A stretch of DNA of 54,990 nt from Bacilli bacterium (GTDB taxonomy: Bacteria > Bacillota_I > Bacilli_A > RFN20 > CAG-826), in NCBI GenBank assembly GCA_017540455.1, contig JAFYAZ010000010.1, positions 1 to 54,990 of the forward strand, written 5' to 3'. The translations under genes were made by a program, and so were the position numbers. Below are positions 35,441 through 43,968 of the stretch, in pieces; positions within the stretch are counted from its first letter, which is position 1, and each line of letters starts with the position of its first letter. Below the pieces are notes generated by a model, which had not been told where the DNA came from, did no database searches, and saw nothing but the letters and a program-made list of their open reading frames with translations.

Positions 35441-37207
35441 ATGGAACTAAGCAAAAAGCTCAAAAGCCAAATCGCTCTCCTTCCGAACAAACCTGGCGTT
35501 TATCAGATGAAAGACGCCGAGGACAAGATCATCTACGTCGGCAAGGCGAAGAACCTCAAGAACAGGGTTTCCCAGTATTTCCTCCGCCCACAAAGCGGGA
35601 AGGTTTTCGCCATGGTCACCCATGTCGACCATTTCGATTTCATCATCGTCCATAGCGAGAAAGAGGCCTTCATCCTTGAGATGAACCTCATCCAGACCCA
35701 TTATCCTCGCTACAACATCATGCTGATGGACGATTCCCATTACCCATATATCGCCTTGAGAAGGAAAGACGCCTTCCTCAAAATCGCCCGTCGAGCGGAC
35801 GACAAGAAGTACTATTACTTCGGCCCTTTCCCGAATTCCAGCGACGCCTACAAGACAATCGACCTCATCAATTCCCTCTATCCGACAAGGAAATGCAAGA
35901 CCTTAGGGAAGAAGATCTGCCTCTATTATCACCTTGGCCAATGCCTTGGCCCATGTGAGAAAGAGGTGCCAGAAGAGACTTACAAGAATCTCTATGAAAG
36001 CATCAAATCCCTTCTTGAAGGGAACATCGAGCCGATCAAGAAAGAACTCAAAGAGAAGATGCTCCTTGCCTCAGAAGAGATGAGGTATGAGGATGCCGCC
36101 TATTACAAAAACAGCATCGATTCGTTAGAAAGGACCGTGGCCAAACAATCAGTTGAGGCCTCAACCGACAAAACCAACCGCGACGTCTTCGCCTATGCGA
36201 CGAGGGATTCTTATCTCGGGCTTTCCATTCTCACGATCAGGGGAGGAAGGCTCTTAGGCAAAAAGAACATAGTCGTCCAGTGTTTCGGCGAGCCTCATGA
36301 GCAAGCCACCGAGCTTATCGAGGAATACTATCAGAACAACGACCTCCCAAGCGAAATCGTTTGTAGTATCAACGGATTCGCTGAGGATTTCCTTCCGATC
36401 TACCCTGATACGAAGATTGTCTCTCCGAAGGAGGGGAGGCTTTTCGAGCTTCTTGATATGGCCTCGCTTAACGCCAGGCAAGGGCTCGACGCTCACTTCA
36501 TGTCGGCGAGGTTAGAAGACGATAATGAAGCGCTTCTTGAGGAACTTGGGAAGATCCTTAATATCAAAACTCCATACCGCATCGAGCTTTTCGATAACTC
36601 CCATCTCCAAGGCTCTTCGCCAGTCGGGGCGATGGTTTGCTATATAAACGGCGAGCCAGCCAAAGGGATGTACCGCAAATACCACCTGGATGAAGAGAAT
36701 GCCGGGGATGATTACCATTCGATGGTGGAAGTGGTCACGAGAAGATATAAGAGGCTCAAAGAAGAGAACCTTTCCTATCCTGACCTCATCCTTACCGATG
36801 GTGGTTTGACCCAGGTCCACGCCACGCTTGAGGCCCTTTCTGGGATTGAAGTGGATATCCCAGTCTATGGCCTATACAAAAACGACAAACACCAAACCGA
36901 AGGCATCATCGACAAAGATGGGAATACCTATCCTTTAAATGTGGCTTCTCCTCTCTTCTTCCTCCTTATGAGGATGCAGGATGAAGTCCATAGGTTCGCC
37001 ATCTCCTTCCATAAAGCGGAAAGAAGTAAGAAGATGAAACAAAGCGTCTTCGACGACGTCAAAGGTTTGGGGGAGAAAAGGAAAGAGATTCTCAGAAAGA
37101 ATTACCCAACAATCGATTCCCTCAAAAACGCCTCATTATCGGAGCTTGAGCAGCTTTTGCCGCGTGAAGTGGCCATAAGCCTCCTCGAAAAACTCAAAAC
37201 TCTATAA
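35441..37207 (+). CDS. uvrC: excinuclease ABC subunit C
   Basis: GIY-YIG domain (GVYQMKDAEDKIIYVGKAKNLKNRVSQY), UVR domain, endonuclease V-like domain and C-terminal HhH. Confidence 0.95.
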   Translation: MELSKKLKSQIALLPNKPGVYQMKDAEDKIIYVGKAKNLKNRVSQYFLRPQSGKVFAMVTHVDHFDFIIVHSEKEAFILEMNLIQTHYPRYNIMLMDDSHYPYIALRRKDAFLKIARRADDKKYYYFGPFPNSSDAYKTIDLINSLYPTRKCKTLGKKICLYYHLGQCLGPCEKEVPEETYKNLYESIKSLLEGNIEPIKKELKEKMLLASEEMRYEDAAYYKNSIDSLERTVAKQSVEASTDKTNRDVFAYATRDSYLGLSILTIRGGRLLGKKNIVVQCFGEPHEQATELIEEYYQNNDLPSEIVCSINGFAEDFLPIYPDTKIVSPKEGRLFELLDMASLNARQGLDAHFMSARLEDDNEALLEELGKILNIKTPYRIELFDNSHLQGSSPVGAMVCYINGEPAKGMYRKYHLDEENAGDDYHSMVEVVTRRYKRLKEENLSYPDLILTDGGLTQVHATLEALSGIEVDIPVYGLYKNDKHQTEGIIDKDGNTYPLNVASPLFFLLMRMQDEVHRFAISFHKAERSKKMKQSVFDDVKGLGEKRKEILRKNYPTIDSLKNASLSELEQLLPREVAISLLEKLKTL

Positions 37208-37253
37208 AAAGGTTGCCCAAAATCACCTTTGGTGTATTATAATGTCTCGGCAC

Positions 37254-37330
37254 GCGCTCGTAGCTCAGTTGGATAGAGCAACAGCCTTCTAAGCTGTGGG
37301 TCAGGCGTTCGAGTCGCCTCGAGCGCGCCA
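37254..37330 (+). tRNA. tRNA-Arg (anticodon TCT), CCA encoded
   Basis: Manual cloverleaf. Acceptor GCGCTCG/CGAGCGC. D arm GCTC-AGTTGGATA-GAGC. Anticodon arm ACAGC-CTTCTAA-GCTGT. T arm AGGCG-TTCGAGT-CGCCT. Discriminator G plus CCA. Confidence 0.9.
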
Positions 37331-37342
37331 AACTAAACCTTC

Positions 37343-37370
37343 ACTGTTGATGCCGAATCAACAGTTTTTT
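37343..37370 (+). terminator. Rho-independent terminator after tRNA-Arg
   Basis: ACTGTTGAT / ATCAACAGT 9-bp stem, 5-nt loop, then TTTTTTATTATT. Confidence 0.85.
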
Positions 37371-37462
37371 ATTATTCGCGCCCCGTTTTTCGCAAATCGC
37401 CCTCAATTCTTTGCCGTTTTTAGCGTAAACTAAATTATAAGTTTCTGATAAGGAGGACCCCG

Positions 37463-38560
37463 ATGAAGAAGGCGCTTAGGACATTACGCAATTACATCTG
37501 CTATTGCGGAATCGAAAAAGAAGAATTCAAAGCCGTTAAAAAAGACGCCTATGTCTCTAACTTCGAGGTCTGGCGCGTCCTCCATATTCTGATGGACGTC
37601 GCTTTTGCCGTTTTGTTCGCTTTCTCTTTGACCAACGACTTTGTCGCCAATAACAGATTCTTCTATTTGGGTGGGCTCATCTATTCAGCTATCGCGACCG
37701 TCTTTTTCTTCATCTTGAAGAAAGATTCATTGATCGCTCAGTTGCTTATTTATCTCTCTATCTCTGTCTTGTTCCTCTTTGGCGCGTTCATCACCTCGAA
37801 CAAACCAAGTACCCCAGCCATTACCTTCATCGCCTTCCTTCTCATCGCTCCGATGTTCATGATCGATAGGCCGTATTACATGTCCTTAGAGCTATTCTGC
37901 GCCTCGACGGTCTTCTCGATTTGGATGTATTTCGTCAAAGATCCTGATGTTTGGGCGGCCGATTTGATGAACACGATCAGCTTCACTTTGATCGGCATCG
38001 TCATCCATATCCTCGTCAACTCCTCAAGAATCAAGGAATTCGTCCTCATCGAGAAAATCAAAAATCAGAAAGACTCCGATGAGCTCACCGGCTTAAAGAA
38101 CAAGTCCGCTTTGACGAGAACGATCAACAAGTTCATGGATGATGAAGCCAATAAGAAAGGCACCCTCTTCATCCTCGATATCGATTATTTCAAAACCATC
38201 AACGACAAATACGGCCATGATGTGGGGGACAGGGTCCTTCAAGAGCTTGGCGCCTATCTCAGGGAGAAGTTCCCTGACAAAGAGATCGTCGGCCGTTTCG
38301 GCGGAGACGAGTTCGTCATGTTCCTAAAGAACACCACGAATTCCAAGGCCGCGCTTACTACCGCTAAGGAAATCGTCGAGGAGACCTCTGAGCGCATCAA
38401 ACTCCCAGATGAGGAGATACGCTTCAGTCTGAGTATTGGCATCGCCATCTATCATGGTGAGGAAAAGAACTACTCCGAGCTCTTCAAAAAAGCCGACATC
38501 GCTTTATATAAAACAAAAGCGAACCGCGAAGTGAAATATAGCCTCTACGAGGAAAAATAA
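37463..38560 (+). CDS. membrane-anchored diguanylate cyclase (GGDEF domain)
   Basis: The N-terminal ~190 aa carry ~5-6 TM helices. The C-terminal GGDEF domain includes LFILDIDYFKTINDKYGHDVGD and an active-site RFGGDEF. AAGGAGG SD. Confidence 0.9.
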   Translation: MKKALRTLRNYICYCGIEKEEFKAVKKDAYVSNFEVWRVLHILMDVAFAVLFAFSLTNDFVANNRFFYLGGLIYSAIATVFFFILKKDSLIAQLLIYLSISVLFLFGAFITSNKPSTPAITFIAFLLIAPMFMIDRPYYMSLELFCASTVFSIWMYFVKDPDVWAADLMNTISFTLIGIVIHILVNSSRIKEFVLIEKIKNQKDSDELTGLKNKSALTRTINKFMDDEANKKGTLFILDIDYFKTINDKYGHDVGDRVLQELGAYLREKFPDKEIVGRFGGDEFVMFLKNTTNSKAALTTAKEIVEETSERIKLPDEEIRFSLSIGIAIYHGEEKNYSELFKKADIALYKTKANREVKYSLYEEK

Positions 38561-38617
38561 TCACTAAATCCAAAAAGCAGCGGCTCTGGTGCGTTTTCTT
38601 ATATTTAAGGATATATT

Positions 38618-38626
38618 TGCTATAAT
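38618..38626 (+). promoter_or_regulatory. extended -10 promoter TGCTATAAT, 6 nt before the flavodoxin-like gene ATG (leaderless architecture)
   Basis: TGnTATAAT, then AGGCTC, then the ATG at 38633. No SD. Confidence 0.5.
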
Positions 38627-38632
38627 AGGCTC

Positions 38633-39082
38633 ATGAAGAAAGTGTTCATATATTATTCCCACACGGGGAATGGTGATTTCGTCGCCGACATATTAAAGGA
38701 AAAGGAATTCGAGATCAGGAAAATCGACACGGAGAAGAAGGTCCTTCCTAACCCGTTCTTCTTTAAGATGATTGTCGGAGGCTTCAAGGCCACGATCGGC
38801 TCAGCCCCGAAACTCTCCGAATTCGCAAGCAACATCGAGGATTTCGATGAGGTTTATATCGGTTCCCCAATCTGGAACGCGAGACTTGCCACCCCGACGA
38901 ACACCCTTCTTAAAGAACTTAAGCTCGAAGGAAAGAAAGTCACCTTTGTCCTATATAGTGGTTCAGGTACCTCAAAAGGAGCGACGAAGAAAATCTCCAA
39001 ACTCTATCCTGAGGCGAGGATCATCAACTTAAAAGAGCCTCTCAAATACAAGGAAGAGGCTGCTAATAAGCTATCGTTCTAA
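38633..39082 (+). CDS. flavodoxin-family protein
   Basis: The N-terminal KKVFIYYSHTGNGDFVA resembles the FMN phosphate-binding loop of short flavodoxin-like proteins. 149 aa. Confidence 0.65.
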   Translation: MKKVFIYYSHTGNGDFVADILKEKEFEIRKIDTEKKVLPNPFFFKMIVGGFKATIGSAPKLSEFASNIEDFDEVYIGSPIWNARLATPTNTLLKELKLEGKKVTFVLYSGSGTSKGATKKISKLYPEARIINLKEPLKYKEEAANKLSF

Positions 39083-39091
39083 AAAAAGAAA

Positions 39092-39115
39092 AACACCCGA
39101 TTTGGCGGGTGTTTT
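39092..39115. terminator. bidirectional Rho-independent terminator (flavodoxin gene / TetR gene)
   Basis: ACACCCG / CGGGTGT stem flanked by an A-rich run upstream and TTTTTATTATT downstream. Confidence 0.8.
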
Positions 39116-39120
39116 TATTA

Positions 39121-39765
39121 TTATTTGGTTTTTCCTCTGAGGATTGCGTCGAGATAATTGTAGAGGGTTTCGATCGCGTTGGAGACTGTCTTGATCGTGG
39201 CTTCGTTTTTGGACTTAAGGATTTCTGCGTATTCCTCGAAGACGCCGCGGAGGACGACGATGAACATCTTGAGGTTGTCTTCGTTATAGCCGTTGACCAA
39301 GTTGATGGAGCCATCTTCAAGGCCTTTCTGCATGGCGATCTTCGTTGGCTTGAAGACGAAGTCGATGGCCTCGTTGATGAATCTCTTGTCATCTGTGATG
39401 CCAGCGGCGGAGACGGCGATGCTGATTTCTCTCATCGCATAAATGTGAACGTAGTAATTTGGGACGAAGTCGAGAACGTGTCTGGTGATATCAAGGATCT
39501 GTTCACGGCCGTTAAGGGATTTATATTTCTCGGTTGCGCAGTGTTTGTCGAGTTCCGTGAGGGCGCTGTCGACATATCTTTGGTGGACGGCGAGCAGGAG
39601 GTTTTCCCTGGTTTTGAAATAATTGACGATCGAACGGGTCGAAACGCCGGCCTCGTTGGCGATCATCTGAAGGGTGGTGTTCATGACGTTGTGTTTCTCG
39701 AAAAGTCTGACGGTAGCTCTATAAACCTTTTCAATGTTGTCGAGACGCATCTTCTCTGTTCTCAT
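39121..39765 (-). CDS. TetR/AcrR-family transcriptional regulator
   Basis: N-terminal HTH TLQMIANEAGVSTRSIVNYFKTRENLLLAV. GAGGAGG SD. Confidence 0.85.
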   Translation of the reverse strand: MRTEKMRLDNIEKVYRATVRLFEKHNVMNTTLQMIANEAGVSTRSIVNYFKTRENLLLAVHQRYVDSALTELDKHCATEKYKSLNGREQILDITRHVLDFVPNYYVHIYAMREISIAVSAAGITDDKRFINEAIDFVFKPTKIAMQKGLEDGSINLVNGYNEDNLKMFIVVLRGVFEEYAEILKSKNEATIKTVSNAIETLYNYLDAILRGKTK

Positions 39766-39906
39766 AAAAAAGCCTCCTCATCTATAAGCGATTCTAATAC
39801 CTATTATTTCCGAATACGCGAAATATGCTTTGTTGTTGGACATATTATACAATATAAAAAATCAAAAGTGTTGTTTTTCTTTGGGAAGAAGCGAATAATT
39901 TACCGC

Positions 39907-40542
39907 ATGAAAAACGCCCTTGTGTTTGACATTGATGGAACCCTCTGGGATTCGACTGCCCAAGTCGCTGAAGCTTGGGACATCGTTGGAATGAAAAGCA
40001 AACGTCATTTTCATGTCACCAAGGAGCAGATCAAACCTTGCATGGGATTGCCAATGAGCGAGTTCCCGAAAAGGATTTTCCCTCCGATGGATCAAGATGA
40101 GGCGTCCGCTCTCTTAAAGGAATCGCTTTTGTTTGAGAACGATTATCTTTACTCTCACCCTGGCATCCTTTTTGAGGGTGTTGAAGAAACCCTTAAAGAA
40201 CTCTCCAAAAAATACGATCTTCTTGTCCTTAGCAACTGTCAGAAAGGCTACATCGAGGCTTTCTTGGCCGGAAGCAAATTAGGCCATCTTTTCAAAGACC
40301 ATATCTGCTGGGGCGATAACTTCCTTAGCAAAAGCGAGAACCTCCGCCTTCTTGTCCAAAGGGGAGGGTATGGCAACGCGATGTATGTGGGGGATACCCT
40401 CTATGACGAGGAAGAGACCCACAAAGCCGGATATAGGTTCGCTTTCGCATCCTATGGTTTCGGCAGCTGCTCAAAACCAGATTACACATTAAAAAAATTT
40501 AGCGACCTGATTGAGGCCGCTAAAGATGCTTTTAACGAATAG
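39907..40542 (+). CDS. HAD-superfamily hydrolase (phosphoglycolate phosphatase-like)
   Basis: Motif I VFDIDGTLWDS, motif II LVLSNC, motif III/IV region YVGDTLYDEE. I accept only the ATG at 39907. The 477-aa track ORF upstream of it is antisense to the TetR gene. Confidence 0.8.
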   Translation: MKNALVFDIDGTLWDSTAQVAEAWDIVGMKSKRHFHVTKEQIKPCMGLPMSEFPKRIFPPMDQDEASALLKESLLFENDYLYSHPGILFEGVEETLKELSKKYDLLVLSNCQKGYIEAFLAGSKLGHLFKDHICWGDNFLSKSENLRLLVQRGGYGNAMYVGDTLYDEEETHKAGYRFAFASYGFGSCSKPDYTLKKFSDLIEAAKDAFNE

Positions 40543-41341
40543 CTTTTGTGAGCCCACCTTCGTTTTGAAGGGTGAAATCCTCGGCATTTGGCGTATCTTT
40601 CACGACGCTTTCGGCATCCCATTTGGCTTCGCTTTCGTTCGAGTATTGGTCATTTTTATGTTTATAAGATTGGAGGATATAGTTCTCAAATTTGAATGAT
40701 ATTTCCTCTTCCATAAGGCTATCGTTCAAGAAAGAAATATAACCGCTTAACCCGCCAGCAGACGGCTCATCGTAAGATTCGCTTACGATTGTCTCAGCCT
40801 TCCCTTTTTCTTCTAATATGGCGAAGACCCTATTGGCGCTGCCATGGATTTCATTGTCCATGATCGTCAAGCCGTCGGCGGCCTTATCAGCCCAATCCCT
40901 CTTGCTTTCGAAGACGTATTCTTTTCTGATGTTCTTCGGGTATTCAGAGCCTCTTTCATAGACATTGACGACGTTGCCAGTCGTTCTAGCCTCGACAAAA
41001 ACCCAGTTCTCATATGCATATTTATGAGCTTCTTGATCGAATCCACTGATGATGAAGTGGGCGTAAGGGAAGGTCTCTTTCTCCAGATTGCTCGCATAGC
41101 GAGTGTCTATTTGGAGATCGATCTCCACCTTTGTGAGGTTCTTCTCGTGGAAATCCAGTTCGTTTACTTTTGATTTTAGTTTGAGGGTTTCTGGCGCTTT
41201 AAACTTTTCGTCGTTTACGAATTGGTCGTAGTTCTTAAGCTTCCTCTCGGCGAGATCATGGTCGATCGCCGAAACGTTCTCGCTAGCGCAACCGCAGAGA
41301 GAGACAAAAAAGAAGAGAGGTAGCAAGATACGTTTTCTCAT
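40532..41341 (-). CDS. lipoprotein, function unknown
   Basis: Signal peptide/lipobox MRKRILLPLFFFVSLCGC. No recognisable catalytic motif. Confidence 0.75.
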   Translation of the reverse strand: MRKRILLPLFFFVSLCGCASENVSAIDHDLAERKLKNYDQFVNDEKFKAPETLKLKSKVNELDFHEKNLTKVEIDLQIDTRYASNLEKETFPYAHFIISGFDQEAHKYAYENWVFVEARTTGNVVNVYERGSEYPKNIRKEYVFESKRDWADKAADGLTIMDNEIHGSANRVFAILEEKGKAETIVSESYDEPSAGGLSGYISFLNDSLMEEEISFKFENYILQSYKHKNDQYSNESEAKWDAESVVKDTPNAEDFTLQNEGGLTKAIR

Positions 41342-41411
41342 ACTCGCTCAATTGTAATGTTTTCTTGAGAAAAGGCAATCTTTATGGAGATGCGCGTGCG
41401 ATTTCGCTAAA

Positions 41412-42350
41412 ATGTTTTCCATGGACAACTACAAAACCCTGCTTGAGAAGAAAGAGTATGACCTCTTGCTTTCCCTCACCGAAGGCGACCTTTCGCCAGC
41501 GGGTCTTTCTTACCGCGCCTCGGCCTATCTCGCCAAAGGCGATGCCAAGCAAGCCTTCAATATTCTTAACGCCCATCGCGATGAGCTTTATAAGGTCAAC
41601 CCCCTCAAGACGATGAAGAGCATTTTCGAGCTCCGTTTCATCCTCAAGGAATTTGAGGAAGCCTATGACGATTTGGAGCATTTCGAGAATCTCCCATACG
41701 TCTCCCAAGAGGTCGAGGAATACCTCCACGCCCTCCCAAAACTCATCAGGACCGAAGAGAGGAATTCTTCTCTTTCCGACAAGTATAGCGAAGAGGAGAT
41801 AATCGAGAAGCTCTCGGATAAATCCGACGATTACGAAATCATCTCAACCCTCAACATCATCGGCCCTTGGAGAGCGAAAGATTATGTCCGTTCCCTCGTC
41901 GCTTTGGTGACGGGGCAGAAGTCGTCACTCGTGAGAACGTACGCCTTAATGTATCTCATCGCCGCGAAGTACGACAAAGAGATCGCCCTCATCAAAAACG
42001 GGAAGACTTTCAACATCGTCCCAGCGAGGATCGATCCGCCGTTCACCGGCAAGGAATTCGAGGATTTCAGAGAGAAGTTAGATGAGGCCATCAACGACCC
42101 ATCCGTCTCCAATGTCGCGAAGAAACTCCTTAACGATTACATCTTTGAGCTCTTCCCAGAGACGCTTCCTCTCGAAAAGGAAGGCCCTGTCTATCTTCTT
42201 GCTTTCTCCGCTCTCGCCCATGAATATCTTTCCAGCGAGTTTGACTTAGTCAAAGAGTGCGAGGAGAAGAGCGTTAATCTCGAAGAAGTGAAGGCCCTCA
42301 TCGAAAAGGTAAAAGAAGTCCGTAAGGCAGAAAGCACTCTCCATTACTGA
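41412..42350 (+). CDS. hypothetical helical/TPR-like protein
   Basis: 312 aa. The N-terminus is TPR-like (YRASAYLAKGDAKQAFNILNAH). No catalytic motif and no SD. Sits immediately upstream of tig-lon. Confidence 0.6.
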   Translation: MFSMDNYKTLLEKKEYDLLLSLTEGDLSPAGLSYRASAYLAKGDAKQAFNILNAHRDELYKVNPLKTMKSIFELRFILKEFEEAYDDLEHFENLPYVSQEVEEYLHALPKLIRTEERNSSLSDKYSEEEIIEKLSDKSDDYEIISTLNIIGPWRAKDYVRSLVALVTGQKSSLVRTYALMYLIAAKYDKEIALIKNGKTFNIVPARIDPPFTGKEFEDFREKLDEAINDPSVSNVAKKLLNDYIFELFPETLPLEKEGPVYLLAFSALAHEYLSSEFDLVKECEEKSVNLEEVKALIEKVKEVRKAESTLHY

Positions 42351-42428
42351 TAAATAATCAAAGTATTTGGAAACTATCTTAAGATAGGCTATAGTTATTC
42401 AGTTGCAAAAACTAAAGAGGTTTTGAAT

Positions 42429-43838
42429 ATGAAACACACCATTGAACAAATCACCCCTTCCCGCGTTAAGGTCACCGTCGACCTCGAAAAGGAAGTTTGG
42501 GTCGATGCGCAAGAGAAGGCCTTCAACAAGGTCAGCGCTAAAGTGAGCGTCCCTGGCTTCCGTCCAGGCAAGGCTCCAAAGAACCTTCTCAAAGAGAGAG
42601 TCAACCAAGAAGCCGTCTACAATGAGGCCATCGATTCCGTGTTGAACCCAACGTTCGCCGAGATCATCAAAGAAACCAAGGTCCGTCCTTTCTTCCGCCC
42701 AGAAGTCGCCATCACCAAGCTTAGCGACACTGAGCTCCAATTAGCCTATACCATCATCACCGTCCCAAGCGCCAAACTCGGTGCTTACAAAGGACTTAAG
42801 GCCGAGCGCCCAGCCGACACCGTCACTGACGCCGAAGTCGAAGCGGCAGTGGCCAAGCGTTTCGAGAACAACGCCGAGCTCGTCCTCGTCGAGCGTGAAG
42901 CCAAGATGGGCGACACCGTCACCATCGACTTCAATGGCTTCCTCCCAGATGAGAATGGCAACCTCAAGCCATTCGAAGGCGGCAAAGCCGACAACTACAC
43001 CCTTGTCCTTGGCTCCCATTCCTTCATCCCTGGCTTCGAAGAGGCCGTCGTTGGCATGAAGAAAGAGGAAACCAAGTCCTTCAAAGTCACCTTCCCAACC
43101 AACTACGTCAAGGAACTCGCTGGCAAAGAAGCCCAGTTCACCGTCGTCCTTCACGAAGTGAAAGAGAAGAAAGTCCCAGCCGCTGACGATGCAAGCGTCA
43201 AGGAACTCGGCATCAAAGAAGTCAACACCATCGCTGAACTCAAAGAGTTTGAGAAGAAGCATCTTCTTGAGCACAAAGTCCGTGACAGCGAAGAGAGATT
43301 CTATAACGCCATCCTTGGCCAGATCGTCGAAGGCGCTACCTTCACCCTTGACCAGGACATCGTCGCTAACGAAGCCGCCCAGTCTGAGAACAACCTCAAG
43401 AAGCAGATCGAGCAAAACGGTCTCACCTTCGAGCAGTACCTCGAGATCACCGGTGGCAAAGTCGAAGACCTCCGCGCTACTTTCATGAAGCAGGCTGAAT
43501 CTAACCTCAAAGGCTACATCGTCATGAACGCCATCGCCGAAGCCGAAGACCTCTGGATCAAAGACGAAGACGTCGATGCCGAAGTCAAAGCCATGGCCGA
43601 GCAGTACAAGATGAAAGAGGAAGAAATCCGCGGATTCATCAACCGTGACCTCGACGGATTCAAGAACAACCTCTTCCAGAAGAAAGTCCGTGGTTGGATC
43701 CTTGCCAATTCCTCCAGCGCTTCCGCTAAGAAAGCCGCTGCCAAAAAGGAAGAGGCTCCAGCTGAGAAGAAGGCCGCTCCAAAAGCCGCTCCAAAAGCCG
43801 CTGCCAAGAAACCAGCCGCCAAAAAGTCCAGCAAGTAA
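42429..43838 (+). CDS. tig: trigger factor with lysine/alanine/proline-rich C-terminal extension
   Basis: N-terminal ribosome-binding motif (GFRPGKAPKNLL), a central FKBP PPIase (GDTVTIDFNGF...FIPGFEEAVVGMK) and a C-terminal arm. It ends with an extra 44-aa tail, ANSSSASAKKAAAKKEEAPAEKKAAPKAAPKAAAKKPAAKKSSK. ATG at 42429 after an AAGAGG SD. Confidence 0.93.
   Translation: MKHTIEQITPSRVKVTVDLEKEVWVDAQEKAFNKVSAKVSVPGFRPGKAPKNLLKERVNQEAVYNEAIDSVLNPTFAEIIKETKVRPFFRPEVAITKLSDTELQLAYTIITVPSAKLGAYKGLKAERPADTVTDAEVEAAVAKRFENNAELVLVEREAKMGDTVTIDFNGFLPDENGNLKPFEGGKADNYTLVLGSHSFIPGFEEAVVGMKKEETKSFKVTFPTNYVKELAGKEAQFTVVLHEVKEKKVPAADDASVKELGIKEVNTIAELKEFEKKHLLEHKVRDSEERFYNAILGQIVEGATFTLDQDIVANEAAQSENNLKKQIEQNGLTFEQYLEITGGKVEDLRATFMKQAESNLKGYIVMNAIAEAEDLWIKDEDVDAEVKAMAEQYKMKEEEIRGFINRDLDGFKNNLFQKKVRGWILANSSSASAKKAAAKKEEAPAEKKAAPKAAPKAAAKKPAAKKSSK
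43773..43808 (+). repeat. 12-nt tandem repeat x3 (GCCGCTCCAAAA GCCGCTCCAAAA GCCGCTGCCAAG) inside the tig tail
   Basis: Read directly from the sequence. Two identical units plus one diverged unit, encoding AAPK-AAPK-AAAK. Confidence 0.85.
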
Positions 43839-43858
43839 GGCTTAAGCAAAGATTTATG

Positions 43859-43887
43859 GGGTCTAGCTAAACAACTAGACCCTTTTC
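43859..43887 (+). terminator. Rho-independent terminator after tig
   Basis: GGGTCTAG / CTAGACCC 8-bp stem, 8-nt loop, then TTTTC. Confidence 0.75.
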
Positions 43888-43907
43888 AATACTTTCTGAG
43901 CACATTT

Positions 43908-43934
43908 CTAGCACTCTGCTATTGAAAGTGCTAA
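43908..43934 (+). promoter_or_regulatory. CIRCE (HrcA operator) inverted repeat overlapping the lon promoter
   Basis: CTAGCACTC-TGCTATTGA-AAGTGCTAA compared with the consensus TTAGCACTC-N9-GAGTGCTAA (2 mismatches). It overlaps TTGAAA (43922..43927) - 16 nt - TATAAT (43944..43949). Confidence 0.8.
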
Positions 43935-43968
43935 TACTATCCTTATAATAAGGACAAGGAGGAAAAAC

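Noticed and set aside
39109-40542. 477-aa + strand ORF, the longest unassigned ORF in the track
   Set aside because: Its first ~265 codons run antisense to the well-supported TetR gene (39121..39765) and translate to a D/E/V/G-rich low-complexity sequence. Only the last 211 codons (from ATG 39907) show HAD motifs (DIDGTLWDS). The upstream extension is an in-frame read-through artefact.
37254-41341. Possible genomic island integrated at tRNA-Arg (GGDEF, flavodoxin, TetR, HAD, lipoprotein)
   Set aside because: No integrase, recombinase, transposase or phage genes are present. I could not find a direct repeat of the tRNA 3' end downstream. Codon usage looks the same as in the flanking core genes. 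I treat this as ordinary accessory-like chromosomal genes.
42741-43415. 224-aa antisense ORF inside tig. Similar long antisense or alternate-frame ORFs occur in glgB/glgP (9881..10462, 11139..11741), ftsZ (26551..27051), ileS (27278..27784), lon (45311..45877, 44647..45003) and the ABC gene (47414..47815, 48054..48443).
   Set aside because: All lie wholly within genes that have unambiguous family motifs on the other strand or frame. Their translations are low-complexity (D/E/G/V/F-rich or S/P/R/T-rich) and lack SDs. The strong NNC/NNG codon preference of this genome depletes stop codons in the complementary frames, which explains these shadow ORFs without invoking overlapping genes.
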